Source: an uncultured Actinomycetes bacterium | GTDB taxonomy: Bacteria; Actinomycetota; Coriobacteriia; Anaerosomatales; PHET01 | DNA: 64,000 nt | Assembly (NCBI GenBank): GCA_947085035.1 | Contig: CAMTUW010000007.1 | Location: 89,960-153,959, forward strand | Direction: 5' to 3' | Shown: piece after piece, positions 1 through 9,537 of the stretch | Position numbering within the stretch: the first letter of the stretch is position 1 | Layout: each line of letters begins with the position of its first letter | Notes under the pieces: generated by a model | What the model was told of the DNA's origin: nothing | Database searches by the model: none | The model's input: only the letters and a program-made list of their open reading frames with translations | Made by a program: the position numbers and the translations under genes

Positions 1-17
1 ACGGATGCGCTGAGTGC

Positions 18-536
18 TCACGCGGTCTCCTCCAGCATGCTGATCAGCGTTTCTGCGACCTGAGTGGGCGTGCGGCCCACCGTCTCGATGACGATGTCCG
101 CCGTCGCCGAATAGAGTGTCTCGCGCGCACTGAGCAGCGAGGTCGCTGCGAGCGCACCGCCTGGACCCGCGAGAAGCGGCCGAGTCGCCGTGTCACCTAT
201 CCTCGCGAGCGCTTCTGCGGCCGTGACCTCAAGGTAGACGACGGTACCGAGCCGCTTGAGCGCGGCCCGATTCGCGGGGTCGAGCACCACACCACCGCCA
301 CACGCGACCACACTGCGTGGCGCGCCCTCGAGCTCGAGCAGGGCCGCGGACTCACGCTCACGGAACCGTTGTTGTCCCTCGCTCACGAAGACCTCGGCGA
401 CACTCATGTGAGAGTGTCCCTCGATCATCCGGTCCAGGTCCGCCACGGGCAACGCCAGCCGTCTGGCCACGATCGCGGCGACCGTCGACTTGCCGGCTCC
501 CATGAAGCCGATGAGGAAGATGTGTCCTGGCGTCAT
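18..536 (-). CDS. aroK: Shikimate kinase
   Basis: Last 172 aa of ORF 18..1127. Walker A 'GFMGAGKST' near the N-terminus, with length and layout typical of AroK. The ATG at 536 overlaps the aroC stop (ATGA). The upstream part of the ORF overlaps aroC and is Arg-rich shadow sequence. Confidence 0.9.
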   Translation of the reverse strand: MTPGHIFLIGFMGAGKSTVAAIVARRLALPVADLDRMIEGHSHMSVAEVFVSEGQQRFRERESAALLELEGAPRSVVACGGGVVLDPANRAALKRLGTVVYLEVTAAEALARIGDTATRPLLAGPGGALAATSLLSARETLYSATADIVIETVGRTPTQVAETLISMLEETA

Positions 537-1684
537 CGCAGGATGCGTTCTCTGTAGCGGTTCAGAGCCTCGAGGATGTCTTCGATCGCATCGCCACCGA
601 ACTTCTCCAGATAGGTCTGGGCAAGCACGAAAGCGACCTCTGACTCGGCCACGACGGCAGCGGCGGGAACCGCGCAGACGTCGCTGCGCTCCTTGCTCGC
701 GTCTGCCGGGTCGTGAGTTGCGATGTCCACGGTGCGAAGTGGGCGCATGAGCGTGGGTATTGGCTTCATCGCGGCGATAGCGATGACGGCCTCGCCGTTC
801 GTCATGCCGCCCTCGAGGCCACCGGCCCGGTTCGTGGAGCGCGAATAGCCGTTCACCGCGTCGTGACAGATGGGGTCGTGCGCCTGGCTTCCCGGCACCC
901 TCGATGCCTTGAAACCGAGTCCGAACTCCACGCCCTTGATCGCCGGAATCGACACGAGCGCTGCCGCCAAGCGAGAATCCATGCGTCGACTCGCTTCCGC
1001 ATACGATCCCAGACCCGGCACAACGCCTGTGACCAGCACAACGAACGTACCCCCCAGCGACTCTCCGTCCGCCCGGGCGGCGTCGATCGCCGCGCGCATC
1101 GCATCTGCCGCGCGTGCATCCGGACACCTGACGTCGCTAGCGTCTGCCGAGTCGAAATCCAACTCCTCGAGCCGATCCCCAGACGCGGCGACGACATCCC
1201 CGATCGACAGCACAGCAGAGCGAATCGTCACGCCCATGTGTGCGAGGAACGCCTTCGCGATGCAACCTGCAGCCACTCTCGCGGCGGTCTCGCGAGCGCT
1301 CGCGCGCTCAAGAATGTCTCTGCAATCATCTGAGCCGATCTTGAGCACCCCGGAAAGATCGGCGTGTCCAGGCCGCGGATGCGTCTCTTGGATGCCCGGT
1401 GGCTTGTCGCCAGCTGCCGGCATGATCTCAAGCCAGTTCTCCCAGTCGCGATTCGTGACCGCCAACGCCACGGGAGAACCGATCGTGGACCCGAAGCGGA
1501 CTCCAGAGAGAATGGTGGCCCTATCGGCCTCGATGCGCTGGCGACCCCCACGACCGTACCCGGCCTGACGGCGAGTCAGATCAGCGTCAATCAGCGCGGA
1601 GTCGACCCGGATCCCGGCCGGCACTCCGGTGACAATGGCGGTCAACGCACGACCGTGCGACTCGCCTGCGGTGGTATAGCGCAC
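533..1684 (-). CDS. aroC: Chorismate synthase
   Basis: ORF 533..1708. N-terminal 'RYTTAGESHG' chorismate synthase signature. The GTG at 1684 is preceded by GGGAGGGG 7 nt upstream; an alternative GTG lies at 1708. Confidence 0.93.
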   Translation of the reverse strand: MRYTTAGESHGRALTAIVTGVPAGIRVDSALIDADLTRRQAGYGRGGRQRIEADRATILSGVRFGSTIGSPVALAVTNRDWENWLEIMPAAGDKPPGIQETHPRPGHADLSGVLKIGSDDCRDILERASARETAARVAAGCIAKAFLAHMGVTIRSAVLSIGDVVAASGDRLEELDFDSADASDVRCPDARAADAMRAAIDAARADGESLGGTFVVLVTGVVPGLGSYAEASRRMDSRLAAALVSIPAIKGVEFGLGFKASRVPGSQAHDPICHDAVNGYSRSTNRAGGLEGGMTNGEAVIAIAAMKPIPTLMRPLRTVDIATHDPADASKERSDVCAVPAAAVVAESEVAFVLAQTYLEKFGGDAIEDILEALNRYRERILR

Positions 1685-1721
1685 GCGCGAACCCCTCCCG
1701 AAGGTCACAAGCAGTGCGCAG

Positions 1722-1730
1722 ATTCTACCA
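1722..1730 (-). promoter_or_regulatory. Candidate extended -10 promoter element (TGGTAGAAT) upstream of aroC-aroK
   Basis: The minus strand reads TGGTAGAAT in the 54-nt gap after the PilP-like gene, about 37 nt upstream of the RBS-supported aroC GTG. No -35 was checked and there is no experimental support. Confidence 0.3.
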
Positions 1731-1762
1731 GAGCTTGGAACGCCAGGGCTCTGACGAGCGGA

Positions 1763-2362
1763 TCACTTGCCCAGTGCCTGACCCACAGCAAGGGTGATGG
1801 AGGTGTCCCCATAAAGCATCGTCACCGTGGTGCCGGTGATATCGAGCACTCGCCATGGGGTGCCCGGGATGTCCTCGCCTTCCCCAAGGGTGTAGGTCTG
1901 CCCGTTCCATATCAGGGCCGCGACGGTCTTGCCATCGACGACGGAGATGCTCTCAAGATAGAGCGTGTCTTCGGGTATGGATGGCTGGCCGGTCGGGGTG
2001 GTACCCCCTGAGGGAGTCGGCGGCACTGAAGGCTTCACCGTGGGCGCGAACACGTTTCTGAATGAGAACGTGTCGTCTACACGAGGCGTCTCTCTCTGAA
2101 CGGGAACTGGGGCACCGGTGGTGGTCTCTACCGCAATGGGAGGCGGGGTGATGATACCGTCTTGCACCTGCGAATCTTGCGAGAACACGAAGAACACCGC
2201 GATCGCCCCCAGTGCCATCGCCAACAAGACGACGATCGCGCCGCCCAGTATGAGCTTCCCTTTCGTAGTGGAAAGGAACGACGCCACCCCTGACGCGGGT
2301 GTCTCAGACATCACGCTCTGAACTGCGGGGTCACGGGGTGCCCCGCCGAGATTATCGACCAC
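1763..2362 (-). CDS. PilP-like pilus assembly protein (single-pass membrane protein with a C-terminal HR/beta-sandwich-like domain)
   Basis: Last gene of the pilMNO block. It has a TM helix 'LILGGAIVVLLAMALGAIAVFFVF', a Pro/Thr-rich linker and the motif 'FRNVFAP' (compare RDPFxP of PilP/GspC). The C-terminal pattern 'LYLESISVVDGKTVAALIWNGQTYTLGEGEDIPGTPWRVLDI' resembles the PilP/GspC HR domain. The start is uncertain (GTG 2362 or ATG 2311). Confidence 0.5.
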   Translation of the reverse strand: MVDNLGGAPRDPAVQSVMSETPASGVASFLSTTKGKLILGGAIVVLLAMALGAIAVFFVFSQDSQVQDGIITPPPIAVETTTGAPVPVQRETPRVDDTFSFRNVFAPTVKPSVPPTPSGGTTPTGQPSIPEDTLYLESISVVDGKTVAALIWNGQTYTLGEGEDIPGTPWRVLDITGTTVTMLYGDTSITLAVGQALGK

Positions 2363-2377
2363 GAGACGCTGCCTCCC

Positions 2378-3007
2378 CTATTCTGCCGACGCCGGTTCAG
2401 GCGTCGGACTCTCCGCGAGGCTGGACGCCGGAATCGCATACGCGGTGGCGTTGATCATGGTCCTGACCTGATAGTACGGGGGATACGACAACCCCGTGTT
2501 CTTGATCTCTTCGGGAGACGGCTGGGACAACACATCAGTCGCGAACGAGTTGATGCGCACCTGACGAGTCAACTTGCCCACCAGACGCATGAACTCGATG
2601 GTGTCGGCCCACGTGCCGTGAATCTCGATCTGCAAGGGCAGCGCTATGAACGGCTGTCCCTCGGTCACGACCGGCTGGGCGGGAGACACGCTCTTCAAGA
2701 CCACGCCAGCGTCGTAAGCCGTGTCATGTAGGTCGATGATCAGACTGGGCATCTCAGGGGTCTCTGGCATCGCCACCGAAAGCTGGACGAGACGAGCACT
2801 CGTGGACGCCGCCTGGCCCTTGACCTGCCTGCGCTGATCGAGAAGCAGCCTTGCGGCATCGGCCTCAGCCGCTGCGGCGTTGATATCGGCATCGAAAACG
2901 CTGATCCGCTGGTATGCCGGCACGACAAGAACCCCTGCGAGAACAATCGTGCCGAGGAGACACGCCACAACCAGGACGAGCAGCTTGTTACGAGGAGAAA
3001 GGTTCAC
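2378..3007 (-). CDS. pilO: Type IV pilus assembly protein PilO
   Basis: 209 aa with an N-terminal TM, a coiled-coil region and a C-terminal ferredoxin-like region ('LPLQIEIHGTWADTIEFMRLVGKL'). It lies directly after pilM-pilN. The GTG start is 9 nt after the pilN stop. Confidence 0.75.
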   Translation of the reverse strand: MNLSPRNKLLVLVVACLLGTIVLAGVLVVPAYQRISVFDADINAAAAEADAARLLLDQRRQVKGQAASTSARLVQLSVAMPETPEMPSLIIDLHDTAYDAGVVLKSVSPAQPVVTEGQPFIALPLQIEIHGTWADTIEFMRLVGKLTRQVRINSFATDVLSQPSPEEIKNTGLSYPPYYQVRTMINATAYAIPASSLAESPTPEPASAE

Positions 3008-3016
3008 GTGTCCCCC

Positions 3017-3637
3017 CTACTGTCCGGCCGTATCGGGCAGTGCGCGTTTGATCTTGGCGGTCAGATCGAAGGTCACGACCTGCGTGGTGGGAGCGTCGCC
3101 AGTTATTCCCTGATACGCCGAGAAGGGCTGAATGGTCGCCGCGTTGAGCCACACATCTGTGAGGAGTTCAAGCGAGCCGTACCGAACGAGGGTGGAGGCG
3201 ACCGACTTGTAGCCGTCAGTTGCCCTGCTTCCCAACGGATTGGGAGCATGCAGGATCGCAGAAAGCCCGTTCTCCTCGCTGGCCTGCAGTGAGGAAACCC
3301 ATACTTCCTCGGGCAAGACGAGTGAGATCTCCTCGGCGAGTCTTCCCATCTCGACCCTGCCGATCAGCGCGGCGCCAACCGCAGCCTGACGTTTCGCAAG
3401 CTCTTGTTCTTTAAGCTCGAACACTGCGAGCTTCTCCGCGTCCTGTTTGAGTTGAGTAGCGCTCTCACGAGTGCTTTGGAGTTCCTCGGCTCTCGCCGCG
3501 ACGACGAGTTGCACCAGGCCCCAGGACAAAAGAACCCCGGCAACGAGAATCGCGGTAGCGATGAGGACGTATGGATAGAAGCGCTCGTATTTCCGACGCT
3601 CGATGATCTCAGGCGGCAGCAGGTTGATGCGAATCAC
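3017..3637 (-). CDS. pilN: Type IV pilus assembly protein PilN
   Basis: Conserved PilN N-terminus 'IRINLLPPE', followed by a TM helix and a coiled coil. The GTG at 3637 overlaps the pilM stop. The ORF track extends to 3676. Confidence 0.8.
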   Translation of the reverse strand: MIRINLLPPEIIERRKYERFYPYVLIATAILVAGVLLSWGLVQLVVAARAEELQSTRESATQLKQDAEKLAVFELKEQELAKRQAAVGAALIGRVEMGRLAEEISLVLPEEVWVSSLQASEENGLSAILHAPNPLGSRATDGYKSVASTLVRYGSLELLTDVWLNAATIQPFSAYQGITGDAPTTQVVTFDLTAKIKRALPDTAGQ

Positions 3638-4752
3638 TACATGCCCCCCATCGCGAGTCCAACAGCCGGGGCACAACCCATACGGTCAGGAAGCACCAGA
3701 GATTCGATGGAGGGTTGCGTGAGGATGTGGGCCAGCGGATCGCCTAAGATGACATCTGTCTGCAACCCCTTCTCAAGGTAGCTGGGAAGGTTTCGGAGCA
3801 TGGAGCCGGAGCCCGTGAGTATGATCCGTTTGATGGTGCGAACCTGGGTCGCCTGAGTCAGGTAGTAGTCGATCGAGCGCCGCACCTCTCCGATGAAGCG
3901 GTTCGTCTCGCGCTCGAGCGCCTGTTGGGCGACCTGCACCGTCTCGGCATCGACGCCCGGGACGGACGACACGAGGGTGTCCATGGCCGGAAGCCCAGCT
4001 TTGACCTTCAGGTCCTCCGCCTCGTCGTACGTCAGGTTCATGACGTTGGCTATCGCCTGCGTGAACTGCTTGCCTGCCAGAGCGGACACGCGCGTGAAGC
4101 GAGGAACTCCACGCTCAACGACGACGATGTTCGTGAGTCCTGAGGTGATATGGATCAGCCCCGTCGCGCCCCCGGAATCATCATCACCAAGCACCTGCTC
4201 GCCTATACCAAGCAGTGCTCGGACCAGTGCGAACGCGGTCAGATCGATGCGATCGAGCTTGAGTCCCGCGCTCTCGACGGTCTGCACGGCGCCGTTGATC
4301 ATGTCCCGGGACGCGGCCACGAGAAGCACTTCCATCATGTGCTCGTCGGCCGGCGTCATGTAGTCGCCGATGACCTCATAGCTCAGGATCGCTTCTTCGA
4401 CAGGGATGGGGATGTAGTCCTGGGCCTGGTACTGGATAGCCCCGGAGAGCTCGGCCTTCTCCATGTACGGCAGGTCGATCAGGCGCACGACGACCTTCTG
4501 GTTGGCGACACCGATCGCGACTTCCTTCTGACGGAAGCCAGCCTGTTTCCACAGCGTTGTAATCGCCGAGGCGGCCGCATGGGGATCGACGATCTCGCCC
4601 TCGACCACGGCGCCGAGCGGCATGGCGACACGCCCATAACCTGACAGAGTGAATCCGCCGGTTGAGGGACGCACGCGAGCGGCTCGGACGAAATCAGTAC
4701 CTATGTCCAAACCGATCGGCGGCTGTGGTGAGCCTAGCCCAATAGGAGCCAA
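3637..4752 (-). CDS. pilM: Type IV pilus assembly ATPase-like protein PilM (actin/HSP70 fold)
   Basis: 371 aa with 'IGLDIGTDFVRAARV' (phosphate-1-like) and 'RIILTGSGSMLRNL' motifs typical of PilM/FtsA-like proteins. The TTG start at 4752 is preceded by GAGGGAGGAAG. Confidence 0.9.
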   Translation of the reverse strand: MAPIGLGSPQPPIGLDIGTDFVRAARVRPSTGGFTLSGYGRVAMPLGAVVEGEIVDPHAAASAITTLWKQAGFRQKEVAIGVANQKVVVRLIDLPYMEKAELSGAIQYQAQDYIPIPVEEAILSYEVIGDYMTPADEHMMEVLLVAASRDMINGAVQTVESAGLKLDRIDLTAFALVRALLGIGEQVLGDDDSGGATGLIHITSGLTNIVVVERGVPRFTRVSALAGKQFTQAIANVMNLTYDEAEDLKVKAGLPAMDTLVSSVPGVDAETVQVAQQALERETNRFIGEVRRSIDYYLTQATQVRTIKRIILTGSGSMLRNLPSYLEKGLQTDVILGDPLAHILTQPSIESLVLPDRMGCAPAVGLAMGGM

Positions 4753-4890
4753 CGCTTCCTCCCTCGTACGCTACTGCGATGTCTGCTACGTATGCTGCTG
4801 CTGCGATGGTCCCTCGGTAAACGATACCATATCTCGGTTCAGGACAAGTACCCCCGCGTGAAACGCCTACCAGCATACTCTTCCAGCGTC

Positions 4891-6399
4891 CTACTGTCTG
4901 GTCCAGATAGCCAGACTCTGCGAAAGATTGCCATACCCAGGCATGCTCTTCGGGACGTTCTGTCCCAAGTTCGGGCTGGTGCGAAGGTCCATGTTGTTGT
5001 TGCCCTCGACGTCGATGCCCTTGCTGATGAGCGATCCCACCAAGTGAACCTTCGCGGATATCACGATACCCTCGTCCGCGAAGTACGCCCCCGCATGAGT
5101 TGGGACTCCGTCAGGATTCTTTGAGTTGCCGCCTGAGGATCCAGCAAGACGGATCCTCGACGGAGAGACGATTCCAACGATCCTGCCGGGATCGAAGGAC
5201 TGGTTGTTCCTGGTCACACCATCCCCGCAGACTCCCGGAAGAAGACCGCCGACCGGGGTGAAGTCGCCGTCGATGGTCACTTCGCCATTCGCGACCAAGG
5301 ATCCGTTGCCGACGTACGTGACAGCCCCGACAGTGGCGGGAATCGTCAAGGGACCGTCGATGAAGACAGTACCCCATACCGTGAGGACCTTGGTGCTGTG
5401 ATTCCACACGAAGTCGTCGTTCGGCTTCCCAAACGACGTTGTGGGACTGAGCGTGAAACCGGCTGCGAGACTCTTGTTCATGGTGCCGTCATTGTCGATG
5501 ACCTTGTAGCTCGTGGAAGCTCCAGGGGCCCGTGTTCCTGTGTAGGTGGCGGGGTTTCCCGTGGAGGTCACCTCGGAATTGGGCACTGAACGAACGACCG
5601 GATCGCCCTCGTTGTTATCCGAGGACTCGGTGACCGCGTTGGCATAGGCCCGCGTCAGAAAGGCGGTGTCGACTCTGGGAATGTTGATCTTCGGTACAGA
5701 CCGAATCACCTTGGTGGGCGCTGTGACGACCTTCGGGTCCGGTTGCGCTGGATCCACGTACAACAACCCGACATCGACGAGATAGCCCGACTTGACATCA
5801 AGCGTCCCGGACTTGATGTACACGGGACCCCAGCCCAACCCACCGGACATCGCGTTACCCAGGTTATCTCCCTGGCGCAGATCCTCGTAGGTGTAGAACG
5901 GACCGTAGATGGAGGCGTTTCCGTTGAACTTGCCCGCGCCGGAGCTGTTCTGGTTGAATCCTGATCCGTACGCGATGTTCATGCCGTAGATGTCCATGAC
6001 GAACATCCGCACACGAACGGTCTCTCTCGAACCGTCTCTGGCCAGTCCGACCGACGTAAACCGAATGTCTCCCGGTACGGTTTCGGTCGCGGTCACGGTG
6101 GCGCTGCCCGAGCGGAGTTCCGCTGCGGTGAATACCATGGGAAAATCAGCGGCCTTGTAGCCCGTAAGCCCAACCCGCGCTGTGGCTGCGTCCATCGCAC
6201 CGCTTGCCGCCTGAAAAGCCAGCGCTTCGCTCTTTGTGCGCTCAGCCTCGTGCAGGGTCTGTTGGGCAAGCGAGAACCCCCCGACTGTTATCACCGTCAG
6301 CAGTGCGATGATCCCCATGACTGCGACCAGAGCGAACCCCTCTTCCCTGTCGCCTGTCCGATTCTTGAGGAGTGCGAATCTCTTGATCATCGATGCCAC
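4891..6399 (-). CDS. PilX-N/GspK-like large pilus-associated protein (pseudopilin lacking Glu+5)
   Basis: The N-terminus 'REEG|FALVAVMGIIALLTVITVGGFSLAQQ' resembles the PilX N-terminal domain: a prepilin-like hydrophobic segment with Ala instead of Glu at +5. 502 aa, and it follows two minor pilin genes. Confidence 0.6.
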   Translation of the reverse strand: MASMIKRFALLKNRTGDREEGFALVAVMGIIALLTVITVGGFSLAQQTLHEAERTKSEALAFQAASGAMDAATARVGLTGYKAADFPMVFTAAELRSGSATVTATETVPGDIRFTSVGLARDGSRETVRVRMFVMDIYGMNIAYGSGFNQNSSGAGKFNGNASIYGPFYTYEDLRQGDNLGNAMSGGLGWGPVYIKSGTLDVKSGYLVDVGLLYVDPAQPDPKVVTAPTKVIRSVPKINIPRVDTAFLTRAYANAVTESSDNNEGDPVVRSVPNSEVTSTGNPATYTGTRAPGASTSYKVIDNDGTMNKSLAAGFTLSPTTSFGKPNDDFVWNHSTKVLTVWGTVFIDGPLTIPATVGAVTYVGNGSLVANGEVTIDGDFTPVGGLLPGVCGDGVTRNNQSFDPGRIVGIVSPSRIRLAGSSGGNSKNPDGVPTHAGAYFADEGIVISAKVHLVGSLISKGIDVEGNNNMDLRTSPNLGQNVPKSMPGYGNLSQSLAIWTRQ

Positions 6400-6402
6400 A
6401 TC

Positions 6403-7005
6403 CTAATCGCGGTTCCGGAAGATGATCCTGCTGGACTCGGTCAGCGTCTTGCCGTCCGCGGTGGCTCGCACCGTCACAACGACCGACCGTGCCGAGTCAG
6501 GAATCTGGGCCAGAGTGGTGATCTCGGCGCCTGCGGCGTCGAAGTAACGAAACATCGGAACGTTGCCTGACACGTTGGTGATACGCCGTCCCAGCCGACT
6601 CACGAACCTGGCTGGCACCACGACTTGTCCGCTGAGGCCTATCATGTGGGACCTGTGTTCGACCTGCGACTCGCCGTTGGGGTAGGCAACCACCCGAAAC
6701 GTATGAAGCTCTTGGTTGTCGTCGACGTTTTGATCCGTGCGCAGTGTGAGCGAATACGGGCCGGGCATAGGATTGGTGTCGATCCTGACGTTTTGTTGGA
6801 TGATCTCACCCATACGGGTGAGTGGGTAGGTGACAGCCTGAGCACGCTCTGCCTCTGCAGTGGCTTGCTGCTGGCTGCGATTCACCGTGAACGCCACCGA
6901 GTACGCGGTGCCAAGCACGACTCCGAACAGCACGAGCCCGACCAGCAGCTCAGCCATCGTGACTCCAGCGTCGGATGCCAGCTCATGTCGCCTGAAACGA
7001 ATCAC
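6403..7005 (-). CDS. Minor pilin (PilW-like prepilin-type protein)
   Basis: Prepilin cleavage/methylation motif 'SDAG|VTMAELLVGLVLFGVVLG' with Glu at +5. The GTG at 7005 overlaps the upstream stop (GTGA). The ORF track extends to 7059. Confidence 0.65.
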   Translation of the reverse strand: MIRFRRHELASDAGVTMAELLVGLVLFGVVLGTAYSVAFTVNRSQQQATAEAERAQAVTYPLTRMGEIIQQNVRIDTNPMPGPYSLTLRTDQNVDDNQELHTFRVVAYPNGESQVEHRSHMIGLSGQVVVPARFVSRLGRRITNVSGNVPMFRYFDAAGAEITTLAQIPDSARSVVVTVRATADGKTLTESSRIIFRNRD

Positions 7006-8543
7006 AACCGCCACGCCGCCCAGTCGATGGCGGGTGTAGTCGTAGGCGGCGTCATCCATCGAGTCCAGTCATAGGCGCCCATTGTCGTCGCGCCAACGTC
7101 ATTAGTCGAGCGCGTGAAACCTACGACGCCAGACGGTACCGAGACAGCGCTTCCGCCGGTGGGGGTCAGCGTGGCGACGCAGCGGAATCGAATGCCGTTA
7201 TCTGAGAACCTGCCGTTCACGGGTGCGGTGAGAGACTGCGTGAGCGCCGGTGTGGTGGTCGTGGAAAGGTCTGTCCACGCACCGGTCGGGCCGTAAGAAT
7301 ACTGCCAGCGATAGTTCACCGCGCCCGTGACGGGGAACTGTGGAGCTATACTCCTCAGCGCAAGCGACAGGATCGCTCTGGAGTTGTTCTTTCCAGCGCC
7401 GGTCACAGAGACCGTCGACCCGGTCAGCATCTGGCGCGCGATGAACCACTGAGACGAAACACGTGCGGACTCGGAGGCCAGATGATTGTGCACGTGCGCC
7501 CGCGGCCCGCGAGCACTCACGAGAATCCGCCTTCTGGTGAACTCAGTGGTCGCACGATCAGTGGTCGTCTGAGTGTCAGCGCCTGCGGACTGGGTCACCT
7601 CGCTCGGGACGACCGCGCCGGCAGAAGTCTGCGTCTCCATCAGAATTCTGTACGAGAGCGCGGGGTCGGTTGTTTTTTCGGTATCTGACCACGCCCAACG
7701 CACTGAGGAGAAGTCGGACACAGTCAAGACCTCGGGAGTCGTGGGCGCAGAGGCCGGAACGTTGTCAACGTAGACGCTCCAAGCCAGATCACCCAGTTGT
7801 CCCAGTGTGTCTCGGGCCTGTGCGCGCATCTCGACAAGTCCGTCAGCCCAGCCGGTCGTAGCCCATACGCCCTGGGTGGAATCGGATGAAGCGGTCGTGC
7901 GCTTCTCCAGCACGACCCTACCGCCCGCGGTCATCTGCAGGCGCGTGAGTGTCACGCCCGAGCCACCCGACTGGGCCTCCATACCTACGGACACGAGGTC
8001 GCCCCAGACAACGGCTCCGCTCAGCGGGGTATTGTTGGTGCGGACGACCGTGGGTTTCGGGACGCTCGGCGTGCCGGTTGGACTGTCAGATCCGCTCGAG
8101 AGTGCCGGGCGCACATAGGTACCGGCTGACATCCGTATGGGCTCCCCGACCGGGCCCTTGGCGACAACCGTGACGACCACGTGCTTGTACGCGGGTGGGT
8201 GAATGGCGGGGTTCTGCCCCGCGAACCACTTCGGTGCAACGGTAGCCGTGATCACCAGACTGACGTTGTTCAGGGTGACCGAGCGCGCAGTGGCGAACTG
8301 ATTCAGTTTCGCTTGTGTGACGTCGTCATACGTGAGCTCGCGCACGCTTTCCATGAACGAGTTGACCTGATTGACCGCAACAGCATCGGCTTTGGCCGCC
8401 ACACTCATTCCGGTTGACGCGCCCACCAATCCCATCAGCGCGGTGGCCACGAAGAACAGAATCGCAGCAGCTACGACCACCTCGATCAGAACCCAGCCCT
8501 CGTCAGAGCGGGTCTGTTCCGACCTTCTGTTATCGATGCACAC
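7002..8543 (-). CDS. Large minor pilin (PilV-like) with C-terminal FN3/Ig-like domains
   Basis: Prepilin motif 'SDEG|WVLIEVVVAAAILFF' with Glu+5. 513 aa. The C-terminal stretch 'NYRWQYSYGPTGAWTDLS...FSDNGIRFRCVATLTPTGGSAVS' matches the common bacterial Ig-like (I-set-type) pattern. Confidence 0.65.
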   Translation of the reverse strand: MCIDNRRSEQTRSDEGWVLIEVVVAAAILFFVATALMGLVGASTGMSVAAKADAVAVNQVNSFMESVRELTYDDVTQAKLNQFATARSVTLNNVSLVITATVAPKWFAGQNPAIHPPAYKHVVVTVVAKGPVGEPIRMSAGTYVRPALSSGSDSPTGTPSVPKPTVVRTNNTPLSGAVVWGDLVSVGMEAQSGGSGVTLTRLQMTAGGRVVLEKRTTASSDSTQGVWATTGWADGLVEMRAQARDTLGQLGDLAWSVYVDNVPASAPTTPEVLTVSDFSSVRWAWSDTEKTTDPALSYRILMETQTSAGAVVPSEVTQSAGADTQTTTDRATTEFTRRRILVSARGPRAHVHNHLASESARVSSQWFIARQMLTGSTVSVTGAGKNNSRAILSLALRSIAPQFPVTGAVNYRWQYSYGPTGAWTDLSTTTTPALTQSLTAPVNGRFSDNGIRFRCVATLTPTGGSAVSVPSGVVGFTRSTNDVGATTMGAYDWTRWMTPPTTTPAIDWAAWRL

Positions 8544-8671
8544 GATGACCGTCCTTTGGCAGACCGGATGGTACTCAAGTGCGCGCCCGTCACGATGCGC
8601 ACAACGACGCTGTCTCGTGTCATTTATCGGCCGAACAGCGCCATGTCCTTAGTCGGTGACTGTGACGGCCA

Positions 8672-9484
8672 TCATAGCATCGAGGAATACCACTCCCAGA
8701 GTGGCATACCCACTGCGGCGGTGATGACGGCGCCTGTTGCAAGAAACGGTCCGAAGGGGATCTTCCTTCGTGCACCCGAACCGGTTCCGATCACCACCGA
8801 CGCCACCGCACCCACAACGGATCCGAGCATCAAGGCGAGCAACACGTACGGACCCAGAAACAGGCCCATGACAGCCAGAAGCTTGATGTCTCCCATCCCC
8901 AGCCCCGAGACTCCGCGGATCACGGAGTAGAGCGCAGCGATGGCCAAAGGTATCCCCGCACCTAGAAGCATCCCCAGGCCCGCGAACGCAACAGGATGAG
9001 ACAGCGCTGAGCCCGATTGCAGGAGCGGGGCCACCTGATTCGGTGTGACCGTGGAGAGTCCAACGCCGACGAGGCCGATGACGCCCAGAATCGCAACCAA
9101 CTTGTTGGGCAGCCGATACGTGTCCAAGTCAATCGCCGAGAGGATCAACAGCAGATAGAAGAAAGCGATGCCGAATGCTGTTCTGAGAGAGAGCCCCCAC
9201 AGTGCCCACGCCAGTAGCCACAGGACACCGGATGTGAGTTCGACCGCAGGATAACGTACAGGTATCGGAGCGCCACACTCGCGGCACTTGGCTTTGAGAG
9301 CGAGCCATGAAACCACAGGAATGTTGTCGAGCCAACTGATGGAGCCCCCACATGACGGGCAGCGAGATCCCGGGTGCGACAAGGACTCGCTGCGGGGGAA
9401 TCGCCAGATCACGACGTTGGCGAAGCTCCCGAAGACGAGTCCCAAGAGGGCGACGACGAGCGGGACGAACACGTCGGGCAACAC
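8672..9484 (-). CDS. pilD: Prepilin peptidase / N-methyltransferase (A24 family)
   Basis: 270 aa polytopic protein with 'GSFANVVIWR', the zinc-ribbon-like 'CPSCGGSISWLDNIPVVSWL...CRECGAPI' and a 'GMGDIKLLA' active-site region. Confidence 0.92.
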   Translation of the reverse strand: MLPDVFVPLVVALLGLVFGSFANVVIWRFPRSESLSHPGSRCPSCGGSISWLDNIPVVSWLALKAKCRECGAPIPVRYPAVELTSGVLWLLAWALWGLSLRTAFGIAFFYLLLILSAIDLDTYRLPNKLVAILGVIGLVGVGLSTVTPNQVAPLLQSGSALSHPVAFAGLGMLLGAGIPLAIAALYSVIRGVSGLGMGDIKLLAVMGLFLGPYVLLALMLGSVVGAVASVVIGTGSGARRKIPFGPFLATGAVITAAVGMPLWEWYSSML

Positions 9485-9537
9485 GGAACCTCTCTTCGCT
9501 GAGCACCATCATGTGCGCATCAGAGTGTAGCGCACGC

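Noticed and set aside
537-1127. N-terminal 197-aa extension of the aroK ORF
   Set aside because: It overlaps aroC completely and is Arg/Gly-rich. The AroK Walker A motif lies right after the internal ATG at 536.
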